Part shown: positions 24,928 through 37,660 of the stretch, in pieces | Position numbering within the stretch: the stretch's first letter is position 1 | Layout of the letters: every line of letters starts with the position of its first letter | Assembly (NCBI RefSeq): GCF_006345805.1 | Contig: NC_043008.1 | Location: 8,556,001-8,620,000 of the forward strand | Length of the DNA: 64,000 nt | From: Octopus sinensis | Lineage: Eukaryota | Direction of reading: 5' to 3' | Notes under the pieces: model-generated | Told to the model about the DNA's origin: nothing | The model's input: only the letters and a program-made list of their open reading frames with translations | Databases searched by the model: none | Program-made: the position numbers and the translations under genes

Positions 24928-25617
24928 CATATTATACACATATATATATATATATATATACACAAATATATATACACACATATATATACACACATACACA
25001 TACATACATATACACACCATACACATACATACGTATACATACATACATACATCCATACATCCATACATACATACATTTATACACATACACACACCCATAT
25101 ATATATATATACACACACATACATACATATACATACATACATATACAAATATACGCACACACATACATACACATATACACATACACATGTACATGCGTAC
25201 CCATACACACACACACACGCGCATCCATATATACACACACACACATATACATGTGTGCAAACATACATACATACTCATACACGCACACACACTTACATAT
25301 ACATGTAAGGTACGCGTACGTATGAGTATATACGTGAATGTATGTAGATGTATGTATGTATGAATATAACGCGTGCGTGCGTGTATGTGTATGAGTGTAC
25401 GAATGAGTGAGTGTACGTGCTAATGAGTGTGCGTGCGTGAATGAGTGCTTGTTTTCAAGTAGGCAGATAAATGGACTTGCTGTCATAGCCAAGATCCTTG
25501 GGACCAGCGGTCAAAGATAACAAAAGTAATAAATGAAGATAATAAAATTAAAATTAGGGATGGGTCTGTATTTGTATGTATATATATGTGTGTATGTGTA
25601 GGTATGTATAGGTACAC

Positions 25618-25661
<44 letters not shown>

Positions 25662-26177
25662 ATGTATGTGTATGTATATATGTGTGTATGTGTATATATG
25701 TGTATATAGGGACTAGTGTGCTGTGTGTGCATGTGTGTATGTGTGTATGTATATATATTTTTCTGTGTGTATATGTATGTGTGGTCGTGTGTGTATATAA
25801 CATGTGTGTATACGTGTATGCATGTGAGTGAGTGTATGTTATATATATATGTGTATGTGTAGATATGTATATGTATGTGTATGTGTATATATATGTATAT
25901 GTGTGTGGTGTATGTATGTGTGTATGTATATATGTATGTATGTATGTATGTGTGTGTATATATGTATACATATGTGTATAGGTATAAGTGAGAATCTCCT
26001 TATTTACCTAAAACTCTATTTTTTATATATATAATTTTTTATTTATTCTTTTATCTAATTTACCACTGACTCCTTGACCACTCCCCCAAGTATGATATTT
26101 TGCGCTATGCCTACCCCCAAAAAGTCCCCCTTTAAACCTGCCTAAATGTATAAATGCCAATACAATTCTTGTTAACT

Positions 26178-26228
26178 AGCTTCCTGAAGATTTCTCTTGA
26201 ATGAAACAGTTCTAGTCCTGTAGAAGCT
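26178..26228 (+). ncRNA. Type I hammerhead ribozyme (GUA family, copy 2)
   Basis: Same 51-nt sequence as copy 1. Predicted cleavage at 26222/26223. Confidence 0.8.
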
Positions 26229-26984
26229 CCTTCTATATAATAAATATATATACATATATATATATATGCATGTTTTGGAGTATGTTTGGGTGCGTCGGTA
26301 TGCATATATGTCTTCATATAGTCTTAAATATTTTAGGAATTCGGTGATTGAGAAAATGGACACCGATTCAGTCTTAAGTTCAATGAAACAAATCAAACTG
26401 TAACCTTGAAAGCGGTGCACACAGAATATCCACTGGTCAATGAGTTAAATCAATAAGGAACAATTTCATGTACTCCTGGATGTGAGGGGGCGAGGGCTAG
26501 TAATTGTGGTAAATGCATATGATTTTGTTGAATGTTCTATTTTTTTACTTACCACCGATTTTAATGAATAAATGTCTCTTTTCTTTAAAGTTTCAGCAAG
26601 TTCAAGCTAGCAATTACAGGTGTCACAAGCGATACGTTGGTAATTGTTTACATCCGTAACGAACGCATTTTTGTTTTTCATAAGAAAAAAAAAATATCGA
26701 TATAGCACTAATACTGGCGACATAATTTTTCCTATACAAGTCGTATAAACACAACTGGATTATATTTTCGAATAAAGTATCGATTTCTAGAAATTATATA
26801 ATCATTTTTCTTTTTTGCTTTGTTCAAACACATGATTTCCCATGAATGGAAATCTAATGTAACAAACTCAATTTTCTGTATCTGCTTCATCTCTTTCAAG
26901 TAATATTGTTTCTTGCTTTGATCAAAGAAACAGCGAATTTGTCACTTACTACGGATCATATAATCACACACCCACACGTCTCTC

Positions 26985-26997
26985 TCTATATATATGA

Positions 26998-27095
<98 letters not shown>

Positions 27096-27348
27096 ATATA
27101 TATATATATATATTATATATATATGTATGTATATTATATATATGTATATGTATATATATATGTATATATATATATATATATCTAAATACATACATATATA
27201 TATATACATATATATATATTTATGCATTTATATATATATATATATACATATATATACATATATATGTATGTATTTATATATATATATGTATATATATTTT
27301 ATACATACATATATATATATACATACATATATATATGCATATATATAT
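26985..27348. repeat. (TA)n-rich microsatellite block
   Basis: Read directly. One example of many such blocks (e.g. 1.4, 5.6-6.0, 14.8, 28.3, 39.3, 41.7, 46.3, 50.6, 55.6, 58.4 kb). Confidence 0.95.
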
Positions 27349-28250
27349 AACAACAACATGCAGTTTAATGCAGGTAAGTTCCAGGCCCTGCGCTACTGGC
27401 ACACAAAGGTAAATGACGTGAAGACTGGATACACTGGCCCAGGAAGAATTGCAATCCCTGAGTCAAAATCAGTGCGTGACCTGGGCATTGACATGAGCAA
27501 TGATGCATCTTTCCAAATGCATATTGCTAATCTGGTGATAAAATGCAGACGGCTAGCTGGATGGATTCTCCGAACTTTCAGAACAAGAGAGAAGGAGACA
27601 CTGATGGTCCTATGGAAAACATTTGTCCTCAGCCGCTTGGACTACTGCTCCCAACTTTGGTCACCACACAATATAAAACAAACAGCAGAACTCGAAGCAA
27701 CTCAGAAAAGCTACACAAAGAAAATCGTCTCAATGCAAAATGTCAGCTACTGGGAAAGACTGAAGGTATTAAACCTCTTCTCCCTGGAGCGGAGGCGGGA
27801 GAGATATGCAGTGATATACATCTGGAAAATCCTGGAGGGTCTTGTCCCAAACTTTGGCATTCAAAGTTACTCCAACCGCAGAACGGGGCGCCGCTGCGTG
27901 GTGCCAAGGATTCCAACATCACCATCAAAATACAGGTCCAGATACTGCAACAGCTTGGGTTTCAGAGGACCACAGCTCTTTAACATCCTCCCTAAATGCC
28001 TGAGAGACTTACATGGTGTGGATGTGGGTTTCTTTAAAACTAAACTGGATCTCTTCTTGTTGGGAGTCCCAGATGAACCTACCTCACGACAGGAGACACG
28101 GATGCGGCAGCAGCATCGAACTCCCTTGTTGATCAAGTGCCACGTATCAGAGGTGGATTCACAAACTAGTGTAGCTCATTCAGCGGTGGTGCCCCAGCAT
28201 GGCCGCGGCCTTCGGGCTAAAATATTTTTAGGATTTAAGGATTTAAGGAT
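27349..28250 (+). mobile_element. CR1-type LINE, 5'-truncated and young (ORF2 C-terminus, 3' UTR, (TTTAAGGA)n tail)
   Basis: [63 protein letters not shown] is open for about 770 nt. One inferred 1-nt frameshift near 28110, with the native stop at 28167-28169. Inserted in (TA)n. Confidence 0.93.
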
Positions 28251-28257
28251 ATATACG

Positions 28258-28289
<32 letters not shown>

Positions 28290-28325
28290 TAATACTATAT
28301 AATACTATATAAGCATATATATATG

Positions 28326-28403
<78 letters not shown>

Positions 28404-28904
28404 TTATACATACATATATATATATGTATGGGTGTGCGTCATTCTGTGTTTTTGCGTGCCTATACGACATTGCATACTTACATAAAGCGAGAGAAAGGAC
28501 AAGAGAGCCGGAGACAGGTATATATATGCATGTGTGAATATATATTAACGCTAACATATCTTAAGTTATTTCCCTTGGCATAGTACTCATTCTAGATTAT
28601 ATTACAGTAAACTTTCCTTTTTCTGTTGCCAGAAGGTCTGCGAATTCACAATAGATAATTCTATATGTATAGCTTTAGAAGGTGGGTTTTTTTTCTCTCT
28701 TATTTTCTTTTATTTCTGTGAAATAGTATGGTTTTAGAGGTGCTATTGATTTGCATTGTAGGTGTTGCACGTTATTAAATGACATCTTTCGATTTCTTTT
28801 TCTTCTTTTCATAATGACATTTGATATAATGTCAAATAAATGATGAAATTAATGAGAAAAATATTTCTTTTAATTCCTTCGTTTCTATTTCCTTATAACC
28901 ATTA

Positions 28905-28919
28905 CTATTATCATTATTA

Positions 28920-28978
<59 letters not shown>

Positions 28979-29000
28979 GTCATTATTATTATTATTATTG

Positions 29001-29099
<99 letters not shown>

Positions 29100-29102
29100 T
29101 TG
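28905..29102. repeat. (TAT/CAT)n trinucleotide array
   Basis: Read directly. Confidence 0.97.
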
Positions 29103-29669
29103 TAATTACCATTGCTATTATTAATACTGTTGTTCTTGTCGTTCATGTTCATATTGATCCTGAATTAGAAAAGGAACTGAATTGACAATATTGACTGTGA
29201 AATGGCAGAATAGTTTGTGAATTGGCAGAATAGACGGTGAATAGCCAGATTCTGTTGCCCGTTGATCAAAACTTTGCGGGTTTTATCCCACATGTCTGGT
29301 ACTAAGTTCAAATCCCACCGAGACCAACTCAGCGTTCAATGTTGCTTTTTTTATTATTTTATCGTGGTGGACCAAGAAGTTTCCAGCCAGGGGCGGTGGT
29401 CTTGGAGAGGATTTAAAGTGCTATAGGAAATGAGTTGTGTCTTCAATGCCGCTTTTGTTTCTCTACAGGTTCTTCCAAATCTGCCAGCGTTTGATTATGA
29501 AAAGCAGCAATGAAGGACGGAGCCTATTTGCCGGGTGGTATTGCGATCAAGAGATAATGAAGAAAGGGAAGAGGAGGGGGAGAAGGAGAGGGAGGAGGGG
29601 AGGAAGTGGAGAACGATGACGGTGGTGGCGATGTCGGTGGTGGCGGCTACGGTGGCAGCAGCGGAAAGT

Positions 29670-29762
29670 GGAGGCGCAATCGCCCGGTGGTTAGGGCAGC
29701 GGTCGGAGGATCGCGGTTTCGATTCCCAGACCGGGTGTTGTGTGTGTTTATTGAGCGAAGAC
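29670..29762 (+). mobile_element. Family B SINE head fragment
   Basis: GGAGGCGCAAT..GGTTAGGGCAGCGG..GGTTTCGATTCCCAGACCGGG. Confidence 0.8.
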
Positions 29763-31619
29763 AAACAAACAAACAAACAAACAAAGCAGCAACGGTAGCT
29801 CTTGTATCAGCAGCGGCTGTTGCGATGGCAGGTGCGGTGGTGGGTGCGGCGGTGCGTACGTCAGCGGACGCGGTGGCAGCAGTAGCGAAGACCATACGAT
29901 AATAATGGTGACGATGACGACGATGATGATGATGATGATGATGATGATCGTGATACTGTGTTTTTTTTTGCAGTTTTTTAACAAGAAATTGTGTTGTTAC
30001 AGTATATATTACATGTATAGAGACATCGCCCTCTAGCTTTTTGTAGCACGTTTTATTTCAGTAATTATTTATCAGAAAATACTTGGTGTTATTTTAAAAT
30101 TTTCTTCAAACGTAAAAAAAACAACATTTCTCATTAATATTATCAACAGCATCAGATGCATCCACCATAAGCTATTAATATTATCATTAACAACATTAGC
30201 ATCAGCTTTACTATTAATACTATTATTCATACCAATATAATTGTTGTCGATTTTGATGTTGTTAGCATTATCACTATTGTTATCAATAGTTTCATGCGCA
30301 TACGTTAGGACTGTTGCTATGTGACGCTGTTTGCCGTTAACGTATTCGATTCATTATTACTAAATTCCATGTATCAGGATATTTCTTATTCACTAGTTCT
30401 CATAGTGATTCCATCTCTCCTGATGCTATCTGCTCACTTGCTTTAATTCACATTATCTGTGCTGTTCTTTCTAATAAAATTAGTGGAAATATATACACTT
30501 TGTGTTTTCAGACTAAAAAAAAAAACAATTTAAAAAAACCCTTTAACGAACAGGCCAAACAAGCAAAACAAAACAAAAAACATCAAATTGAATTTTCTAC
30601 TTTTGTATTTAAAATGTAAAGTATGCTACTAAAACACAGAACTTAGCATGAAGTTTAAAAGGAGATATATATATATATATATATATAATTCTTTTACTTA
30701 CTTTAAAAAATTCTTTTGGTTTTCCTTGCAGAAAATCAAATAAATGGTTAAACGAAACTCTAAATTTTCTTTTGTGACATATTGAACCTAAGATATACAC
30801 CGAGAAAATTATGCCAGAGAATCAATTACGGCAGAACGTAGCTAGCATTTAACAAGCTTACTCTTGGTGAAAATATATAAAACCACTGAAAGATCTCACG
30901 ATGGGAACACAATAATGAATTTCTTGCGGCTTTTTCTTATTCTTCTGTCAATAAATTCTTCAACACATATGCGTTTTAATTCTAGAAAACAAATGATTTC
31001 TTTGTATTCATTTCAAGAGACTTAATTCCATACGTAAATCCGTTTCCCCCTCGGTTTTGCGTGAAGAAATATTCCTCTTAATTAAACTAGTTATAGGTTT
31101 TATTTGCAATATTCAACTGTGAAGACCAGAGGGAAGTTCTTTTCGAATATTTCTATAGAACATTAAATTATCTTGTAATTTAGAAAATTATTCATTTTAA
31201 AATCCATACAATAAATCTGTACTTACTGATAAAATATATTTCGAAATATACCATTTAGTTTCTAAGAGCCCATTAAAGCCATAGATGTGTTTACATTGCA
31301 TTCTCATACTTCTGTAATTGATATTATTATTATGAGAAATCAGAAATCAGAACATTAATTAATTAAGCTAATTTCACATTCTTCAAAGGACTTCATGTAC
31401 TTGATAAACGGAGTGTTTTATTTGATATTAATGCGTTTACATTAATCGTTACATTTTATAAGAACAAACTTCAAGCTTTCCATGCCAGCTCACAAGAGGT
31501 ATCTTATAGTTTTGTTTTGTTTGCTTGTTTGTTTGTGTATGTATGTGTGTGTGTGTGTGTGCGCGCGCGCGCGTGTGTGTGTGTATGTGTGTGTGTGTGA
31601 TGCATTGTACTAGTTTGAT

Positions 31620-32760
31620 CTCGCAATGGTGATGGTTACAAGCAAGGGCTTCACAAGCCCTCCAAGAACGGTGACGTCGATGCGAGTACTGGTCCACTTG
31701 AACACTTGCAAGTCGACAACTGGAAGCAATGGGAAGCACTGATACAGAAATAATAAGAATTTCTGTGGACCGGCATTGTTAGTAAAAAGGCATGAGATGG
31801 AGATGCACATAATATACAGTACAACAGGAAGAAGATTTGGGGAGATAGAAATACTTGAGTCCTATTGTTATGCCATATGCCGTCTCTCAATCCCGGAAAG
31901 TCACACTCGTAGAGGCAGAAAAGACAGAGAGGAGTCATTACGCCTGAAAACAGTGTGACGTGATGAGTAAGCTCCAACCTGATATGGGAGCAGTACTCCA
32001 TTGCAGGCTGTACCTGTATCTTTCACGGTAAATATTTATTGGAGGCCGAAATAGTTTGGGGGTTTGAAGAGAATGTCATTCTACGCAGCAGCTTTGACTG
32101 TGCCGAAGATGTGTATTTGCCATTAGATATCAGTGCTGGTGACATCTTTTATGTAGAAGTTTGTTTGTAAGTTGTTTGAATGATTGGCAAAAACGTAAAG
32201 TTGATGCTTGTAATGATTGTATCTTTGTGCTTCCATAAACTCATTTGAGAATATTCCATGAACCCTGTTTCTGATGTCAGTGAAGATTTAACGTGACAGT
32301 TTAGTTTGCGTGTGGGTGAGTCGTTCGCAGCAATTTATGACGAAATAAAAATGGCATTAACATCAGCCCCAAAAAAGGACGTTGCTAAAAGCGATAGGCA
32401 TTTGAACAGATTGCTAATACATAGAAGGGAGAGCCGGATTGCTCATACATAGAAAGAAGTGTTGGAGTGGAGTCATTGAATCCTAAGATGTAGTGCAGGG
32501 GATAACACGTGTGGAGGAAAATGATCCATCAATGCATGCTGTGATTGGGCGATATGTCAAGAAAATACAGATAAATAAAGAGACGTTCGTTGGATAGAAC
32601 CCATACGGATGCGATAATCTACGTTACTGAATTTAGCGCTAAGGGATAACCTACTCCAAAGAAACAGAGAGACGATGAGAATTTATCAAACAAGTAGTAT
32701 ACTGTGTTGGAACAGGGTTTTATGACGAAATGTTTGGTTAGAGGCACAGATAGCAAAGTG
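31620..32760 (-). mobile_element. Old L2/CR1-superfamily LINE 3' fragment
   Basis: WQIHI..VQPAMEYCSHI and FP..VDLQVFK motifs across frameshifts, plus 3' hairpin AGGGCTT-GTG-AAGCCCT. Confidence 0.55.
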
Positions 32761-33154
32761 TTGTCTTAGATTTTCTGCTAATTTGGCTGCCGTAGGTCAG
32801 AAGATTCTAGATTCAGTATCTTTCACTATTCTGAGGTCCATCTCAGTAAGTTTTGTCTTCCGGTCAGATCTGGTTTTGCCTCGGGTTTGGAATGCCAACA
32901 TTGACGTACTTTTATAGACAGAACCGCTTGAAACATTTAAGGATTCGCCAGGTTTTGTGCCTGAATTTCTAGCCATAGGTGTTTCAAAAATATGTACGCT
33001 TTTGAAATCAGACAGGTCCTGCATATTATTTTATTTAATAGGAGATATCAGAAAAAAAACACTGAGTAAAGGCTTATGTAACGTAGATGTGCACACATAT
33101 TAGGACTAAAACAATTTTGAATTTGTCATACTTCCAATAGAATAAATACTCGTT

Positions 33155-33205
33155 TACTTGCTTCAGTCATTTCACTGCGGCCATGTTGGAGCACCGCCTT
33201 TAGAT
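33155..33205 (-). mobile_element. Family C SINE 3' tail fragment
   Basis: TTCAGTCATTTCACTGCGGCCATGTTGGAGCACCGCCTTTAG. Confidence 0.75.
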
Positions 33206-33329
33206 AAAATAACGATTTTAGTAAATAACGATTTCGGTTTCTGCTGCCTCTATATGACATTCAGTGTTGCACTGTGTGTCTCCTTTTTAACTTGTACGTT
33301 TACTCAAAACTAGAGACCGATAAAATAAA

Positions 33330-34900
33330 TACTAGAATTATTGTAAGAAAAACAACCAACTTTTTTCGATTGTTTGGGAGTTTGGGAGCAATCCTGAATT
33401 ATATATGGGTATTTGGCTATCCAGAACTATTCTGTTTCTAATCCTTAAGCATTGCGGATATTCGTGAGGTGGCTGGTCATTTCGAAACTAAGCAAGATAG
33501 TCCCTTCATTTACCTCTCTTAAAATGTAGTTTGCGGAGTCCGTGTCATGTGTGACGAAATTATGGAACTATTAACATAACGAGTTAAATATAACCACCAG
33601 GAAATGATTTAATCCATAGACGTTTGATACTGATCCCTAAAAAGTTAGGCATAATTTTATATCACTTGGTTTGAAAATCACGTGGTATATGAAGGTCTTT
33701 TAAGGTAGACTGCATTTCTTTAGATTTACGAATTTTCAATGACTCATAACAGTTGCTCTTTTGCACCTGAAGCGTATTTAGTTAATTCAAAGTTTTTGCA
33801 TTAAATTGTTTGAAATTGTCCGTTACTTCACCAATTTATTTCTTCTCTGTTTATCTGCATTAACTTATAATTCTTTTCATAAAATGTTTCATCATTTAGT
33901 TGTTCTAAACCACGTCTCTGTCATGGGTTTTGTCCATTTTCACAATAGGCTCTCTTTTGACAGCTTCTTTCATGATTATAAAGAAGTCTTCCGACAGATA
34001 TTACAATCCTTTTAGCACTTCGTTTCCAATGGTTTCGTTTATAAAATTTGATGAAATGCTTGTATTTCTATCTTTTCAGACACGTTATATACCCCAGTAT
34101 TCTATGCGTTTATTCTTGATTCCCGTCCATCGGAGTTTTAAATCCTGATTTGCTCTTTAACAAGTCTTGGGACTGCATAATCCTTTTATGGGGAAACCCT
34201 GAGAAATTTCCCAATATCATTTCTAAGATCTGTTTGGAATTTGAGTTGATTTCAGTACATATGCAAAATTTTTTGTCTCATTTCTCATGACGTTTCCGAA
34301 TGATACATTTATTTCTTTTGGATAAGTTGAGTCTTTGAATATTTGCATCGTTAGAGTTTCATTTCAAATTTGTTTTGAATTTGTAACACTAAAACGCTTC
34401 ATTTGCACCCTGTCTTTCTATTCGATTTGTTTTTGAAAGAGAGGTTTCCAATTATTGATAGCTAATGATATTGTTATACCATTTTCACTGATGCCTTGGC
34501 TTGCTTTTTATAGATTTGTACTGTTTACTCTGCTTTTACAGACTATTTCGGTCTGTTCTTCCATTGTTACTGATTGTAAGTGTGAATCTGTTGCAGTATG
34601 AATTATTGAATTTCTGTCCATTTTTTATTGCGTCTGCATACGAGAGGTTATGGCAGTCGACCTTTGATTACTTCTTGATCTGAGTGATTACGGATGGAGT
34701 TATGGTTCCTTATGGTTTTGTCAAGTTACACATTTCTAAATTTTTTAGTGTGTGTCTTTAGTTTTTACTAATTTTTGTTTTCACTAGTTTAACTTGCTGT
34801 TCCGTATTTGACTTCATACCCCGGTATCCACATTTGTTTATTCCAATGTTGTGTTTAAATTCATTTCTTCTCTGTGTACATCGATTTTCCATAAATCTAA
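33330..34900 (-). mobile_element. Degenerate Penelope-type PLE, N-terminal region and RT motif A
   Basis: VNEGTILLSFEMTSHLTNIRNA*GLETE*FWIAKYP (33410-33505) aligns with the PLE motif LVSFDVTSLYTNIP..G.EAI.YWL.KYP. Upstream is highly decayed and the boundaries are approximate. Confidence 0.62.
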
Positions 34901-35743
34901 TCGTGTTTCTAGTTTTTCCGTTCGGTCATTCGGCGATGTTTCTTTGCGTTCTATCGTTACATTTTTAAAATTTACTCTTGAATTTAAACATCTGAAGGCA
35001 AAGTAGAGGGGCTTTTGCTAAAGAAATTTCAGATGTAAGAATTATTCTGATTTTAGTTCCCTGATTTGGTTTTCTTCTATCCTTGAACCGTAATTTGCGT
35101 GGGAAAGTTGCGTTTTTAACGTTTTTCCCACTTCCCTGTATATGGCAAACTTTCGTTTAGTTTTTTTTTCACTACATGTGAAATCTTTGATTTAATAATC
35201 TATTCCATTTCGTCTTCATTTGTTACTGATTTTCGCTGCTTTATTCTCCAAATGAACGTGGGCATTTCATAAATATATGTTGTAGTTTGTAGTGTTCTGT
35301 GGTTACTAGTATCAAAGTAGTTGTATGCAGAGCTTGTGTAGCGTTTGCAAAGAATTCTAAACTCAATATACCGTAACCCTTCAAATATAACTTTATTCTT
35401 CAATATTTGTCCATTGCTTCCCCCTGTCGGATTCCAAGACGCATTTCTAGCTCTTTAGAGGCGATCGATGGGAACTACCGAAAGGGTTAAATTTCAGTTG
35501 CATCTCTTTGATATTTCCTATTGAAGATGGCAAAGAGATAGAAACACGTCTGGACAACTGTTAGGGGGCAGCACTGGACAATTATTCCACGAGAGAATTT
35601 TTCTCCACGGTAACTGCAGCAGATCTGCTTTTAGAAGTTGAAATATGTCATAAGCATATTTTAACTAACATAAAATTCGCTTAGACATACATACATACAA
35701 ACAGGGTAAAAGAGTAAACGATAAACACACACACACACACACA

Positions 35744-35778
<35 letters not shown>

Positions 35779-35779
35779 C

Positions 35780-35816
<37 letters not shown>

Positions 35817-36019
35817 CATATATACACGCATGCATATACACGCACATATATATACATACATATATACATATACACGCACATATATAGACATACATATATA
35901 TATATACACGCACATATATATATACACATACATAAAGATGCATACATAATATATATATATAAATATATATATATATTTATATATATATATAAATATATAA
36001 ATATATATATGTTTGTGTA

Positions 36020-36181
36020 TGTGTGTATGTTTGAGTGTCTGTGATTGTCCCCCCAACATCACTTGACAACTGATGGTGGTGTGTTTACGTCCCCGTAACT
36101 TAGCGGTTCGGCGAAAAGAACAAATACAATAAGTACTAGGTTTCTAAAGAATAAGTCAAATGACTGAAACAAGTAAAAGAG
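36020..36181 (+). mobile_element. Family C SINE 3' half with internal deletion
   Basis: GGTGTGTTTACGTCCCCGTAACTTAGCGGTTCGGC..AATGACTGAAACAAGTAAAAGAG. Confidence 0.8.
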
Positions 36182-37059
36182 ATAATACAAGAGATAAAAT
36201 ATAAAAGAGAAATATGGTAAATCCCTTAGAAATTTTAGAACATACTTAGCTTGCCACATTAGTACATGTACGAGTGCGTGTGTGTATGTCTGTGTGCATG
36301 TGTATTTATACATGTAAGCATGTATGTAATTATTTTGCTTATGATGATCATGTGATATGCTAATTGGAGATTACGCATTTATTACCGACTTACATGTCAA
36401 CTTGAAATCCGTCCCCCTCCAATATATAGGCAATAGGGGAATAATACTTCTACTACTATTGTAGATAACCACCTAACGAAATAAGAACCTATTTGTGCTC
36501 CACTGACTCAGCATTAAAGGAATATAGTGTTCTCTTTTTAATTTCTACACACTGTCGACAAGCATAAGGTTATGGCCTTTGTGTGAACGGAAAATCCTTT
36601 TTAACAGATATTTTGTGTTAAATGGCAAATATATATCAGAGCATATTCCATTTCCATTGCATCTGTAGTCAGAGGTGTCGCTTCGTCGGTGTTATTATGC
36701 AGCTGTATATTTTATGAAATAATCAAATATTCGCTAATATCAACTAATTACCTTATGCGAGTCAGTCAAGCTGAGAAACGTTAAATACCTCATAATGCAA
36801 TAATGCTATAGCGACGAGGTTATAATGCTCTTATTCGTGATTCTGTCAATAAAATTCAACATTCGATTGATGAAATGATGGCCTCTGGATTTAGGTCTTT
36901 GCATCACCGTACAAGAGAACGCAATGTGTCACTTGGAAGTAATACATTCTCATATTATCAATGGTTATCGACTATTTATAACAACAGAATATATGAAACT
37001 ACAACTTTACATGTATACACACACACACACATATGATGCAACAAGCGTTTTACGATCTT

Positions 37060-37660
37060 ACTCTAATGGGCGTTATGTCCATCCGTCTGTCCGTCTGTCT
37101 GTGTGTTCCCACTTCACGGTGAAACAGCTGAACCAATGGTCACGATGTTTTCCGAGGTTACAAAGGAAATAATGTGAAAAAGTTAGATTATTTAGTAGAT
37201 ATTTTGTATTAATAGTGGATAATTTGTATGAATACATCCCTTCCATTATTTATATATTTAAATTCCGGCGACAAGGATTAACACCGGATTCCCTCCCACA
37301 CACAGTGTATAGTTTGTGAATTTAGAGGTTTTAGATTTGCGATACTATCACTTTATGTCCCATCGTAGATGGGCTGATCCGTTATGTCCATTTGTCTGTC
37401 TCTCCGTCTCTTTGTCTGCTCCATCTTCACGGCCAGACGGCTGGACGAATGGTTACGATATTTTGGGGGATTACAAAGACGGCTATCGGGAAATTTCTTA
37501 GCATTAAATATTAGAAAGTATGATTATTTCGTGAATATCAATTTTTGGATTGATAAACCACTTGCGCTCTTTTATTAAAAATCCACCTACCACGAGTAAC
37601 TCTGGATTTTAATAGTATAGTTCGTGGCCCCATCGTAGTTACGAAGGGGGTCGCGAGGAA
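37060..37660 (+). mobile_element. Possible Helentron/DINE-1-like non-autonomous elements (two related units)
   Basis: CGTTATGTCCAT..GTCTGTC..CTTCACGG...CGGCTG.AC..ATGGT.ACGAT occurs at about 37070 and 37380. GC-rich hairpin at 37623-37655. Termini not resolved. Confidence 0.35.

Larger units (their letters stand above)
23802..26245. mobile_element. ORF-less fold-back PLE pseudo-LTR element with ~0.92-kb inverted arms
   Basis: Arms 23871-24790 and 25308-26245, spacer 24791-25307. The terminus ..CCCGGGACCTAC abuts (TA)n, as at 43263. One HHR per arm. PLE assignment rests on the HHR and architecture, as no ORF is present. Confidence 0.8.

Noticed and set aside
27127-27348. N-terminal part of the 391-aa ORF and the many YI/CV/HT-rich ORFs in the track
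   Set aside because: Translations of (TA)n/(CA)n/(TG)n microsatellites. Only 27349 onward is real LINE coding sequence.
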